Shown here: positions 13,200 to 27,074 of the stretch, one piece after another
Layout of the letters: every line of letters starts with the position of its first letter
How positions within the stretch are numbered: position 1 is the stretch's first letter
NCBI GenBank assembly: GCA_003614675.1
Contig: ML002237.1
Coordinates: 1 to 62,278 of the forward strand
Source: Dimargaris cristalligena
Taxonomy: Eukaryota
DNA length: 62,278 nt
Direction: 5' to 3'
The notes under the pieces: generated by a model
Seen by the model: only the letters and a program-made list of their open reading frames with translations
Databases searched by the model: none
Told to the model about the DNA's origin: nothing
Position numbers and translations under genes: made by a program

Positions 13200-13281
13200 G
13201 GGACATATCTACTGGGGATTGAGGCAGGACCTGGCCTGGGGGGACATATCTACTGGGGATTGGGGCAGGACCTGGCCTGGG
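13200..13281. repeat. 41-bp tandem duplication, 2 copies, 1 mismatch
   Basis: GGGACATATCTACTGGGGATTG(A/G)GGCAGGACCTGGCCTGGG at 13200-13240 and 13241-13281. Confidence 0.95.
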
Positions 13282-15758
13282 GATGAGTTATCATCGCCCC
13301 TGGGGGGGTTCGAAATGTTGGTGAAGAAGCGGATTTAGCACCTAAATGGTGATTGCGGACATTCGCTGAGGTACTATATTTTTAAATCTTCTGAGGTGCG
13401 GCATCCGTGGCTATAGTCTCCCAAGGTTTAACCAAACCGACTGAATGGACATCAATAGTTTACAACAGACAGACAGACCCACGGGCGGCTTGGTTCCGAG
13501 TGATTGGTATCCCTGTGGCTCGGTAGATAGTGGTTCGTCCCTCTTCTTCTATTTTTTTATATATGGTTTTCTAATCACCGCCCCCCCTTTTACCAGTAAC
13601 CCTAATGATTACTACCCGGTGGCTATGCCGTTTAAAAAAGTCGGAGAATGAGTACGGATTAATGAAAGACCACCACGCGCCTAGGTAGATCCTAGTTAAT
13701 CGACAATGGCCCGCCAGTGGATCCCCCACCGTGAACATAAAAATAATAATAGAAATAAACTGACATCCCTCCCAACAAACTCCCGGTATATAGTGCAGAA
13801 ACGTAACGTCCCAAGCAAATAGGCCGACCGGCCCCCATTGCAGCAAAAGCGATTTTACGAGGTGAGAAAAAAAGGGTAAATGAATACTCCATTTTGATTA
13901 ATATAGACTACAAAGCACGGTGTTTACTCACATGAGACGCCGCCGCCGATTTACCTCGCAAATGCACTCGTGGTTTTTTATTATTATTTCATTTACATTT
14001 ATTTTTTGCATTTTTACCCAGTGCATAATAAAAAGGCATACTTAAGCTTGGTGTTGGATTTTTCCGGGTGCCGCCGCCCGAACAGGCACGTAAATGAACA
14101 ATAGTTGGTGGGAGGGCGGTACTGGTGGATAGGAGATGGAAATAGAACTGGTAAATAGAGAGTGGGTAAAAGGAGAGGGGGGGAGTGTCGCCTGACCCTC
14201 CCAACCAGAATGCTTAATTAAACCATTGCCGTTCGTGAAGGTGGTGCGCCGCCGTTTCCAGTTACCGTTTGGTCACGGATTGGCCTGGGTTTGCCCACAT
14301 GCCCACCCCCTCCTCCTCCGTTCCATTTGTCCTTCCCATCGCCCTTTGCCCAGTTAATGGCCTTTTCATTATATTAAAAGGACATATAAGTACTAATATA
14401 AAACCGGTGTCGACTTGTGTGGTCATGACCCATTCCTTCAGCGTGGAAAAGGGGTAGGGGTGTGGCGAGATTCGGGGCAACCGCATGGCTGCCCTCCTGG
14501 CCACCATTTAATAAACGGACAGCAGTACGGTGAGGTGTTCAATAGTGAGCAAGACCAGCGGGGAGGAGGGGGGTGGGATAGGGCGGCGAGGTGGATGTAT
14601 CTTAGTGTATGGGGATGGCTAACAGAATCAAAGGGGGGAGTTAGTATAATTTGGGATCTGTTGGGTTTTGGCCCCACTTACATCCGTTTGGGAAGGTGGT
14701 GCCTGTATCCCTTTGCCCCTCCTCCCTTCACTGTTCTTGCTTCGCCCCGTTGGAATGGGCCTGGGGAGAGGATCTACTACTATGTAGCACCTCCGATGCC
14801 AGTCCCTGGCAAGGATGCATCTAAGTTTGGGCGACGTGCGCCAACTGAGTTCCAGGACTACCATGTAAGGCATTTTAATTTTAACCCGCGTCGGTATTTT
14901 ATGACTCTCATTTTAGGCACTATGTATAAGGTGTGAATCCATTCCCTCCTTTTCTCCTCTTTGACCTTGACTTTTCCCAAGAACGAAAATGTGATTGGTA
15001 AAGTTCTTTAAGTGGCTGCTGGGTTGGAAATTGACCGAACGCCCGTGTGTGTCCTATCCGGCCCTAGGGCTGAAAATCCATAGGGGCGGCGCACCTATGG
15101 GGTGTGAAAAACGTGCCTTTAGTATGGACGCTGCCTTCCGGAACCCGCCGCCTCTTGTGAGGTGAGAAGGAGACGGAGGCTGGTGGTGGTAGGCACACGC
15201 AGTGTGATCAACTCCGCCAGGACAGCTTGTTAGGCCCATGACCAAGAGGGGAGGATATCCCAACCACGCACCAGTCGTTATCGGATGTCCTAGGAGTGGT
15301 GGTGGTGGTTCTGAAGCAAGTACAAGAGAATGAGTGACAGGAAGCACTGTGGGGAGAACACTATATAGCTCGGATGGTAGTAGTAGTAGTAGTAGTAGGG
15401 GGATTTTCCGTGCGGCTGGTTTAGGTTGGAATTACCATAGTAAGCGCTCTCCCCCTCTTCAAACTTCCTTTCCCTTATCGTGTTTATTCCGTGGACTTCG
15501 AGTTATTTGTATTGTTCTTCTACTTACCACCATTACCCTTCTCGACTACCGTTTTTGACTCTTGCGTGGACCTTGCCGTATACGCACTCCATTTAACGTT
15601 AGTAATTTACGTCGGTTGAAACACAGCCCCACTTCCCGTGACTTTTGGTTGCATTTCCATACCCAACAGACTGCCTCTTTCCCGGTTGATTCCCCTCACC
15701 CCCCCCCTGTTAACACCCACACTCTCCCCCCGCTCGGCATTCGAAACCACTGACCACC

Positions 15759-16022
15759 ATGGGCCTTATTACCAAGCTGAAGAAGTCGTTCTTCTTCACC
15801 CAGATGGAGGTGGGTAAATACACCAAGCGCCGCACCAGTACCATGCCGGAATACGATTCCAAGAGCCGTGATTTCTACGAAAAGAACTATGTCGACGGGA
15901 ACTACATCCACCACCGTCCCGACTCGGCCCACAGCCACGACCATGGTCAGACCATGTCTCGTTCTCCGAGTCGCTCCAAATCCTATTCGATACGCTGCAG
16001 CGAAACCTACAATATGTCGTAA
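15759..16022 (+). CDS. Small conserved fungal protein of unknown function (87 aa)
   Basis: ACCATGG start, strong C/G third-position bias, and CTATATAG at about 15361 upstream. The MGLITKLK...KYTKRR...YVDGNY pattern resembles an uncharacterised small fungal protein family (recalled, not searched). Confidence 0.8.
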   Translation: MGLITKLKKSFFFTQMEVGKYTKRRTSTMPEYDSKSRDFYEKNYVDGNYIHHRPDSAHSHDHGQTMSRSPSRSKSYSIRCSETYNMS

Positions 16023-19000
16023 TTCAATCACGGACGGACCCAAACCCTCTACGCAATATTAGTAGTAGTACTCTAGTCGTCGTTTATTCCTAGCTAATTA
16101 CGCCTATTATTCACCACTTATCCTTGACTAATTATTAATAGATGATTTCTTTTTTGGACTAGTCACACCCTCCCTCCTTGCTTTTATTTACCCCCAACCT
16201 GCATCAGGCCAGGCCCTTGTGTGTTACCATCACCGAGCTGTGCGCTTGCCACCTTTTTGGAGGCGCGTACTCCACCCACTCGACTGTTCGGTAGTTTACC
16301 TTTCCCGACCTCCTATTTCCATAACTTTCCTTTTAATTTGCCTTGTTACGCTTTCCAGAAACCCTAATCTACTTTATCATTCAGTATCGGTTTATCCAGT
16401 GGACCCCTCCGGACGACAATGCCCCCGGAAGCCAGGTCATCTGCTGAACACTCCTCCCACCACTACCACCACCACTCTCACTACCTCGTATTTCCATTGA
16501 TTATTCTAATCATTATCCCACCTGTTAGGCAACTTGATAACGCTGGCTCATCGGTACGCCTTGGATAAGATTTACTTGCAACCGATTGTTTGTTTCATGA
16601 GGCATTTCAGGTCCTCATTTTGTTTTTGTTTTTTAAACTTACATTTTTGTTCGTAAATTGGATCCCCCGGTGCCCCGTCTATTTTGGTAGTTGGGTGTGA
16701 TCCAGGGGCCCCTGGAGCGATCACCTTATTCGCGTTTCAATAACGTTTAATTTCGGAATAATCTCTCTTTAATGAATGACTCTACCTGGCTCCAAGGGGT
16801 ATTGTTGCTCTTTCTTATTCCATATCTCATAATTCAATAACCATAAATTTTGATTATCCACCCATGGTAATATATTGGAAGACCATGGAGGCTGGCCGCG
16901 CGGACAAATGATCCCTCCCCCGCCCATCCATGCACATGCATAATAGGGCCACAATAGCCCCAATACATCTCACCCTCGGCCCCTTATCAGGCACCCTGAC
17001 GCTTAATGTACACGCACCCACGCCCACATACACGGATGCACATTTGGTTCATGAGGGGCCTAACAATGGATGCGAAACTGTCGGCTAGGGCATCCGGTTT
17101 GGTGCTACTGCCATCCATTTATTTAGTAAGACACGCACCTCGGTCTGCCTAATCTTTAGCATCACGTGAGTGAAATCAAGGTGTTCTTCAATGGATTTGG
17201 GGTTCCTAAGCACCTAATTATATAAAGCAGTGGATGAAATATCTGTATCTCATTTCCAGCCTGACAAACCATTGGATATGGTCACTTCGGGCCGGATAGA
17301 AGTGATATGGCCGTTAACGATTTACTCCTAGGTGCAATAGAACCCCTAAGCTAGGCTTGCGGTATATCCATTAGATTCAACTTATTTGCCTGGTACAGGC
17401 TGGCGGCATAAAGCCCTACTACTTTATGGTTCGATATGGTATCATAAATAATAAAGCTGTGGACTACTGGGAAGTGGCCTGACCCTGGTTGAAGAGGTCG
17501 CGTCATTGGGGTATATATCTGAAATAACAGCTCATCTCTTTCGGCACAGGTGGGTGGGGGTGATATTGGGTAAGCCATATATTTTGATTGGACGGAAAAC
17601 ATGCCCCTTACTTGACCACTGGCAAGGCCTTGTCATGTCAGGGGCCAAAAGAACGCGGCGAGCCTTGTGGCTAGGAATACAAGCTGGTTCGCATTAATCA
17701 TTGGCCAAGCAAGCACCAATGCTGTCTTTGAGAGGGTGGTAATTCCTACAATCCCATTTACCAGGCCAAGTGGTATATGATTGAATCCTAGTCTTTATTG
17801 TAAACGAAGGAAATAAGCGGGACATTAGACATTTTTCTCAAATAATAGTCAAATATAATACTGGGAAGTGCCAATAAAAGAGAAACTATCGGCCTGACAC
17901 GGTCCTAAAGGTACTCACTCAGTGGCAAGGGTACATTGAACAATGAATGAATCGGGCACTACGTATAATCCACCAGTAGATTATTGCACAACATCACTTA
18001 GTAGCTTTCACCGGAAACTAAAGGCTATAAAACTTAGTAGCTGCCTTCATGCGGTTTCCGCGTCTGCCTACGTTCACACTCAGTGTCGACCTTCTTTTAC
18101 CCGCCCGCCTACTCACTTTCCGAATTATGCCCTCGAACAGCGGGACTGAGGTATTATATAATTCCTTTCCACCAGGTCCCAGAGCGCCGCTAACCCAGAA
18201 AGGCTAGAGAGATGAACCAGGGTCACATATTAATTATCCTCACTTGCCCCTTCTTTCCTCGCCGAACAAGCTACCGTTGGAGAAGGTTACAAACAGTGGT
18301 GAACCGATATCGGAATACCGCAGGATTAAGTAAGATGAAGGCAGTCAGATTAGTACTAAGGCGACTCAGTTAAACAGGTAGGAAATGAAATGCAACCGAA
18401 TATTACTCGTCAAAAAAACCCCATCATTCTTATGACTAAACCTATTTCGGAGTCTGGGGCTTGACGTTATTAATTAGGCTATTGTGACCAGGAAGTGCTA
18501 CCAACGATGATGATTGGGCCACCCTGAGTAGCTGAATTCCGAAGATCGCTTGATAAGTTATTCTCCGCGAGTGAAAAAATGTTCGACTTCCCGATCTAAC
18601 AACCCATCGGAGGAGCCAACTTACAAGCCGATGAAAGATACCCAAAGTGGGAGAACCATGTCAGGGGCAGTTAGCGCCATCAGGTGAATAACTTGCCCTC
18701 CAAAAGGTTGCTACTGTAATGCGTAATATACATTAGGATTCACGCCGGAATCTAGTTTTAAATTGGCAACTTATATCTGCGGAAGAGACGCCATTTTCCC
18801 CCGTGACCCCGACCCGGAACTATTTCTACTGGCCCCAATGGTTCGTCCTGTTAGTCCATTTTATTTTTATTTTTGGAGAAAATAATAATAATAAAGTGGA
18901 TTTGTCATTATCGAATTATACCGTAGGAAGTACTAATACAACCCATGTAGTCCAGAGCGCAACCGCCCAGGGGCAATCCAGGCCGGGTGCCAATACTCCC

Positions 19001-22000
19001 AACCACATTCCAATTACTACATGTCCTAAATTAATAATGGCCCCACGCCCCTTGTCTATCCGCCAGAAAGGTGCAAAATCCAGATGGTGAAATGAAGGGA
19101 ATTCCAGTGGGCGCGGAATCTCTGGTAGTTCAAATTGTTATTAACAGCCGTGGATGTACTATCAATTAGAAAACCAAAAACCCTGATACGCTACGCAATT
19201 GCTTATCACCGCCAGTTTAGATTAGAAGCCTCGATTAGAGACACCGGTCCAAGTGAGCCTAGGATTGTTAGTAACTAAAATTTATGAGCCGAACCGGCAT
19301 AAAGTTTAGCCCTGTTTGGATTGGTTTTATAAATATAAATATATATATCTATACGGGGATATACTTTTACTGCTTTTTTATATACAAAAGTGGGAATCAG
19401 GGATGATCCAGGGGAAGGTATTTGGGTCCCCTAGTGGGGGGCTAGTGAGTGATCCATGAACGGAGCAAGTAAGATAGTAGTATTCATTTCTACTCAGGTG
19501 TATGGATCTTGGTTCAGCTAAACGATTTTTCATTGGTATAGGTGTATCCTTTCCTTAGCTGCGCCAATATTGACAATAGCATTGGGATTTCCCTACTCTT
19601 CGCCCATCTCAGGGAACCCACCATCCAGTTATTCCTAGATTTTTAGCAGTAAACAACAGCAGTGCATTCGAAAAAACTTAATCAGCCACGTACGAGGGTT
19701 GGTCATTTACGTCACTTCGGATGTGCATTATAAGCTATTCTATGCTCATTTTAAATATCGCTATAGTTTAAAATCCAATCTACACAACCGCAGATACTGT
19801 GTGACATGTATATTAATTTTAGGTTATCTGTCATACCTGGTGGCTGCGTAGTTCAAACTGCTGCAGCCCACTCATCCCCCCCACCATTACCAGTACATAC
19901 CCGGATGCCTCTTGACGCCCAATGACGAAATAAACGCCTCATATATTGGCCAGGCTAGACATAATGATTGATTCTATTCACCAGAATATAGGCATATATT
20001 ATCGATACAAATCCAATAGCCCAGTAATTAAGCTTATTTAGACGCATTTTAGATGAAAAATCTCTACGATTAAATTGCCTCTTTCTGGTGTCTATTGTGG
20101 TGTGGCACCCAAGCATACTACTAATCGTTGCAAGACTGATCCAATTAAGGTATAAATCAATCAACAGCGGTCTAATTATTACTCTAAGGCCACGCATAGC
20201 ATTTTTTGTTGTCCTCTAATTACCTGACATTCTTCCCCGTATTCTATGGTATAGACTAGCCTGCATACTGTGGACTTAAATTAATAAGGTCCGTTGGGAG
20301 GAAAGGTCGATATAGGGTTATTTTGTGGGTGTGTTTAACCCATTGACCCACTTAAGCCTTATGGGGATGACGATTAATATGTGCGTGCACATAAATGTAC
20401 ACAAAGTAGCTTAAAAATAAGCATTGAACCACCGGGAAGTGGGTAAAGTAGGGTCGCGGCGTTTGACATGTGCCGCTATACTTTTTGACCTCGATCGGGC
20501 TGGACTTAGGGCCCCTGGAAATGTTGTCGAATTCAGCTGACTCTCTAGATCCATAGGAGGGCGAGAGCTATATATTTCTCTATATCTGGGATACGGACCC
20601 GGTAAGGGCGGGAGACTATCCTTCGCAAGGGATCCCCATTTTTTTTTACATTCCTATGGTTAATAATTACCGGGTATTTGTATATACATGCCTCGTCTTA
20701 CCCTGGTATCGCCCGGGTCAACGGATTCCGTCGATGGAAATAGTCCCAACGGGGAACTGCGGTTTCGGTCCCATTAGAGAGAGAGAGAGGCCAGGTCTTG
20801 GCGGTCGGGTGTGCATAGCGCATGAGTATTTACGTATAAACGATTAATACCCGCTGACTTTGAATGAAACCCGAGACTACCAGGAACATACTCGTAATTT
20901 CCTCCGAATAATAGTGGGAGGGTTTGGGGTCTTACTATAATATACGGACCCGCTATTTTATGCTATACACACCTCATTGGCCATATATTTAGTGACCCTA
21001 CTGCCCGCCATATCCGGTACTTTTTTAATTTTGGGGTTTTTTCCCTTTATTTACCCGTGCATACCTTGTCCTGCGCCTTTGTTAATCCAATACTAAATTG
21101 ACATAACTCAAAATCCAACTCGCTGACATAAATACCAATTATAAGACCATCCTACCCACTGTCCTCTCTCCGCCACAATTGTAGGCGAGTTATCCCAGAA
21201 TCGACCGACTCATTCAATTCAACGTTGCACTCCGCTCTATTACAGGTAGGCTACTTTATAGATTACATTATAACCCGCAGTTTTAAAGTATGTTTGTGAG
21301 TATCAGACTTTTACTTTTGCATCCATTATAGCATTGCAGTGCTGTAGATGGTGACGCTAAGTGGGTCGTCAACTATTATTTTAGTTCCAAAAGTATCAAT
21401 TTGGACCTAGATGTACATTGCCCGCAGTTAGTTTGGTAATACGTGGACTCCCACCACATACATGTATAGGCCGCCTCCCTTAGTCGGAAGGGAAAATAGT
21501 GGCAATATACACTGCTTAAGAAATGACGAGGGGTGGGAAGAGAAGCATGCCGCACTTCGGGTGGCCTCGTATGCCTCTCTCCGCCAGACTTGGTTGTCTG
21601 CTGCGGGGAAATTGATATATATATGTATTTGAATTCCAGTGTAGATTCATTTATGCTGGTGAGGAATGAGTGCAACCTCATTTGGGGGTTCTTCTCCTTC
21701 CCGCTTATACTCTAAAAGACCTGTTCGACCGTTATTGAGTAGAGAAGGGAGGTGTTGTGGGGGAATGTGGGGTCGGCCGGTGGGCAGGTCCATGGTATAC
21801 TGTATGTGTGTGGTCGAAATGAAGAATATGCCCCCCTCCCTCATTTTCGGACCAGTGGCTCGGTGGGACCTACCTTTTTTATTTTCCACAGTGCATTTCC
21901 ATCTCTGATGTCGATGATGGAACCTGGGGTGTGCTCATCACACACCCTAGTTGGGCCGATATCGGCGGGTCTCCCCCCATCACATTGGACTGCAGTTGCT

Positions 22001-24828
22001 TGTGGCGTTCTACAGCACAGCACAGCACCGCACAGGATATCTATTTTTATTTTATTCGTCTCATCATAGCGACGAGATGGGCCCCGCACTGGGTGGAATG
22101 TTGTGGACTGCTCATTTATAAATACGTCGGTGGCACCCACTCCGTCCCCACACCATTTTACCCTATCACTCGTGCAATGCTGGCCCCGGTGCTTCATCCT
22201 GCAGGTTGCCACACCTCATCTGATTTAACACACACATATATATGGATATATAGATATAGATAGATATTGACGGGTGCATTATTTTACTACTATACATTCA
22301 TACAATCATTGCCATTTTTGACCCTTCCTACCCCAAATCACATATTCATACGGTATGGCTATCTTGATGATTTATCCAATTCGGATGTTTGGGGTGGCCC
22401 GCCTGTTCAACTTATTTGGCTTAAATCACCACTGGACCATCCGCCCAATATTATGAAAGGACAATTTGTAACTAACACTATCTCACTCTATTGTCTAATG
22501 CACACCTCTTCCTAATACATTGGTATGGCCCGTCGTACCATTAGGGATTTTCAGTCTTACTCGCAGCGTGACTCACTCGACCAGTTTCACCGATACCATT
22601 ATTATATGAGTCGAAAACATTAGGTGAGTACATTTAATCTATTCCTTCGGCTAGCGGATAAAGGGTATACAGGGGAGTGATAGGACTGTAGAAATGATCG
22701 GCCGATACTGGTCCGATGGCCCAATTTTAAGTGGGCTACATTAGTGTACAATCGAGCCGTGACGCGGGGGGGGGAGGGCTGGTCTCCACGTTCTATTGCT
22801 TCCAATTTCACAGTAGTGTCCGGAATTTATACCATTTCCCAGCGAGATCAGAAAGAAATAACCCAGAAACCCGGACCCCTCTGGCTCACTTCCTGGGTTG
22901 GTCCTTTCAACTAAGGGGCCATACCAGCGGCTTTTACTCCTCTCTCTCTCTCTCTCTCGTTCTCTCCCACACACACATATACACACTCTCGCGGCCCCTT
23001 CCTTTGCCCGTTACTGATGCCCAATCGCCGGTTCAATAGTCTCCAACCTAGGCCTTGTGACTCTTCCATCGGCGATGCCTTGAATCATTCGCCCGAAAGC
23101 GCAGATAGGCTAGCTAGATTTCATTACAAACGGTGGGATTAATCCTGAACCAAGTGATGGCCTCTCTAGCCGACCTTACGTGGTCCAAGAGGAGGGGGAG
23201 GGCAGAGTACAAAGGACATGTGTAAACAAACTAGTTGCCCATTGCAGCTGACGGGCCTTCCCTTTACTAGCCCACTCCCGATTTATCCCTTTAGCAATAC
23301 GGGGAGCGGTAATTGAAACTCATTTTTGACTTCCATTTCATTTTGGGGGCCTGGCATTTAGGGATCGTTCCAAGTAGGGCTTATTCATTTGGAAGAAAAC
23401 TTCGTCATGAAATCCGATGACCCCTTGACGTAACTTGTTTTTTTTTCCGGCACTTCCACCGTGTTTAGTTACCAGTCACAGCCTTTACACTAGTGCCCTT
23501 CGACGACCACCTTCTTCTCTACCGCGATTCACTCGCGCGTCTCTATCACTCAGTCCCATCCTCTCTACCCGTAATCAGTTGCCTCTATACAGCTTGGATT
23601 GGGCTAGTGATTATAGCGGTATTTCCTAATTCATTAGGCCGTTGACATTTGCTTAGTAACTAATTCGAATACATTCCGATACTCACTACCTTTCTCTGAA
23701 CTATTTGTCTTTACCCTTTATCCGCCGACCCCCTCTACCCCAATTGCATCAGCGACCCCTTATTATTAAGTATATAATCAACCGTTGCTCGTCGGAGTCC
23801 ATAATTGGACTAGCCTTCCACTAACTTGAACTCGAACTTCGAAAAAGAATACGTACTCCCCCTCCCCTATTGACAGCTAAACACGTATCAATCTTTTCTG
23901 CCTCGCCCTACTTCACTCGTGTCCCATTTATTGAATTATTGAAGTGCTCAGCGATTGGCTGCCTAGTTCTCGTCCTTGACCGTAAGTTCCATCGCCCAAC
24001 CAGGCCATCCATAGGCATTTCCTTATATGTTATTGAACGGGTGATGTGACTGAGGGGTCCTAATTTCCGATGGGCCCCAAAGATCGGCCGCATTGGGGGC
24101 GTTGAGAGTATTAAATCCAGGCGTGGCTTTATTAACGTCAGGGAGGGCGCCCTTGCTTCGGACGCACGTCCATCACATTATTCGGCGTGAAGCAGGACGA
24201 GATGTGGAATGCCCTCTCCCCTCCCTTCCCTTCCCCATAGGGTATAATAACTTCCCTCTACCTAACATTCCTAACGTGCCATTCCAACGTGGGCTATAGG
24301 TTAAATACCCTTGGCCCGCGTACCCCCTCCATTCAGTAAACCCGTCCTAACTATAAGGACCCCCCTCCTAACCTGAGACTAACGTTTTACGATGACTCTA
24401 TCTGAACTGCATATTTTTAAACCTAATTGGCAACCGTTTCATTCAATACCATTTACAACTGGTGTGTGGACTCCACGACCAATACATCGCCCATTCTATT
24501 AATCCGGTGCTGGCCTGTCTATCCCGTATCACTTACATAATAATTTATGTATCGGCTGATCTCTCCGCCGTCTCTCGCCCTTTACCCCATTTTTGGGTTA
24601 CTTGGCGGTGCAATTGGGTGCAATGTTTCTCCCCCCTCCTCCATTCATTTCCGTGGTGTGTGGCGGACTACATTTACGCGATTCATTCCCGTCTGCACGT
24701 GTCCCCTGACTGCCATGACCACCAATCTGCCGACCGGTTCGTTACATATCTCTAACCCCCATTCCATCCACTTTCGTGCATCATTCGCCATATTTTGGTT
24801 TTCACTCATTATTCATCTCTCCCGTTCT

Positions 24829-24844
24829 TCTCTACCTCTACCTC

Positions 24845-24887
<43 letters not shown>
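24829..24887 (+). repeat. (CTCTAC)n + (CT)n microsatellite in the leader/promoter of the C2H2 factor
   Basis: About 20 CT units preceded by CTCTAC repeats, read directly. Confidence 0.9.
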
Positions 24888-24892
<5 letters not shown>

Positions 24893-25790
24893 TCTCCGCG
24901 TCTCACTAATTCAACCATATATGATCAATCGTGCCTTGACCACTCACAAAAAATCTGATAACTATCTGGATGGGTGGCGATTAACAACCCTGCCTTCTCT
25001 ATCTTTCCGTTTTTTCTTTCACCCTTTCTTTCGTTTTAATTCCGTTTCGTGGCTCGCACATCACTTGTAATACAATTTCATCTGTCGCATGGCTGGATGG
25101 ACGTGACTTGTTACCACAACTATCATGCACGTTTGATATCGATAACCCTTCATATTGTTTGATACATTATTGTTATTATTGTTACCTGCTTGTACATGTG
25201 CTTTTTGATATTATTATTAATAATTTCATAGCTACCCCAAAAATCGCTTTATTTGGAATAGGCCAGTCGTTTTCCTTTCTCTTTTTGTATTTATCCTTAA
25301 CTTGGTTTCTACACGATTTCGCACTTAAGTGATATCTTACCTATTTTTATTTATTTTATTTGGTTGTTGACTTGTAACATAGTATTTCATTTTTGATCAG
25401 TTGCTGCTTACTTATTGCCGTCCGCTGACTGCACCACAACTACTTTCATACATCATTAAGGTCATCTTGCACAGTTTAACTTACATCTTGACCATTGTAG
25501 ATAGTACCTATTAATTCTATCACGTCGGAAAGTACAGCTGAAATTTCCCACCTATCTTATTTTCACTCGTCTGGTTTAGTTAACCCTCATATTTTTCCGC
25601 CTTAATCCATAACTCACCCGACGAGCGCGACCCACACGATCACACAAAACTGGTTAGCATCCCGCATATTGCCCAATACCCTACTTAAGGCACTCTAAGC
25701 TCCTAGACATTCCGGCCAAAAGACCGCGGCTACCTCCTCCATTTTTTTTATTTTAATTTTTTTAAAAAAATTAGAAAGCCCCCAAATAAT

Positions 25791-27074
25791 ATGGCCCCCG
25801 ACGGTTTCGCAGAAGGCTACTCTGATTTGCAAATCAACTTTGACCCCAACGAAAATTTTGTCATTGACGGACTAGGTCAACAATGGCTGCTAAATTCCTC
25901 CGGGCTAGACCAGCAGCATCGGTCCCCCTCATCGCCTATTTCACCAACCCATCCCGACTTTTTCCAAAATGCGCAACGGATGGGGTCATCATTTCATAAT
26001 ACCGACCACGGCAACGGGAGTCATAATAGCAGTTATCCGAACGGACACGCCACTTCCAGTGGTGGTGACAGTAATGGGGCGCTCGTTCCCTACACCGGTC
26101 ACGGCGGCCATCCAAATAATCATTCCTTCGGTAATCTAGCCGCCGCCGCCGCTGGAGGACTCATTAAGCACGAACCCGGGAGTCACGCGGCCTTCCCGTC
26201 CGCCCTGGGGTCAGCGGGAAACTCCATGTATATGGGCTACGGCCACCACTCGGTGGGATCCAATGGGGCGTTGACTGCACATCATTCAGCGGCGGCGGCT
26301 AACCTGCTGGGGCATGTACCCGGCTCGAATGGGCATGAGTACAGTAATTATTGTTATGTGAATGCCGATTCGTACGATGGGGGGGCGGCCGCAGCAGCAG
26401 CCGCCGCCGCCGCCGCGGTCGGGGTCCGTTCGTTTTTATCATCCGACCATCACCACCACCACCACCAACATCAGCATCACCATCAGCAACAGCAACAACA
26501 GGGCCACCATTCATCACAGCCATCAACGCCCAGTAATCCCGTTCACCCCAGTTCTCTGCCACCTAACTCAACGGGGCTAGGATCGGGTCACGATTACAGC
26601 GGGTCTACCCCTGGGGCGAGCGGGAACCAACATCACCCGTCGGCCTACCACGCCATGACCCACTACCACCCCCACTCGCACGGCCACGGTCATGGGGGCC
26701 AGTTCCACCCCCTGGGCGACCCCAACTCCCATTATAATGGACACGGGCTTCCGATGGCTTTAAGTCCCAATCTGCCGCCCCCATCCCCCACCGCCTTTAT
26801 GGGACACGGCTATCCCGGCGGCGCAGGAGCGGGTTTTCTGGCGGGCCACGGTCCCATCGGCATGACGTATGCCTCCTACCACGACCGCCCATATCCTTGC
26901 ACGGAATCGGGTTGCGAGCTGCGGTTTGTAAGGTCCTCCCACGTCAAACGCCATGTCGATACGGTTCACCGCCACCTTCGTCCCTACCAGTGCAAATACG
27001 GCGGTTGTGGTAAATACTTCTCAAGAAGTGATAATCTGAAACAACATGAAAAGACCCACCAGCGGTCGCCATAA
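25791..27074 (+). CDS. C2H2 zinc-finger transcription factor with two C-terminal fingers, Msn2/Msn4/Seb1-like (STRE-binding type)
   Basis: YPCTESGCELRFVRSSHVKRHVDTVH-RHLRPYQCKYGGCGKYFSRSDNLKQHEKTH. The recognition helices RSSHVKRH/RSDNLKQH match the Msn2-type RSEHLKRH/RSDNLSQH. Poly-Ala, poly-His and poly-Gln tracts are present. Confidence 0.9.
   Translation: MAPDGFAEGYSDLQINFDPNENFVIDGLGQQWLLNSSGLDQQHRSPSSPISPTHPDFFQNAQRMGSSFHNTDHGNGSHNSSYPNGHATSSGGDSNGALVPYTGHGGHPNNHSFGNLAAAAAGGLIKHEPGSHAAFPSALGSAGNSMYMGYGHHSVGSNGALTAHHSAAAANLLGHVPGSNGHEYSNYCYVNADSYDGGAAAAAAAAAAAVGVRSFLSSDHHHHHHQHQHHHQQQQQQGHHSSQPSTPSNPVHPSSLPPNSTGLGSGHDYSGSTPGASGNQHHPSAYHAMTHYHPHSHGHGHGGQFHPLGDPNSHYNGHGLPMALSPNLPPPSPTAFMGHGYPGGAGAGFLAGHGPIGMTYASYHDRPYPCTESGCELRFVRSSHVKRHVDTVHRHLRPYQCKYGGCGKYFSRSDNLKQHEKTHQRSP

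Noticed and set aside
13200-13281. Possible CRISPR array
   Set aside because: Only two abutting copies, no spacer, no cas genes and a eukaryotic context.
13597-13605. TAACCCTAA, identical to a TTAGGG-type telomerase RNA template
   Set aside because: A 9-mer is expected about once by chance in 62 kb on two strands, and I could not identify a pseudoknot or other telomerase RNA elements.
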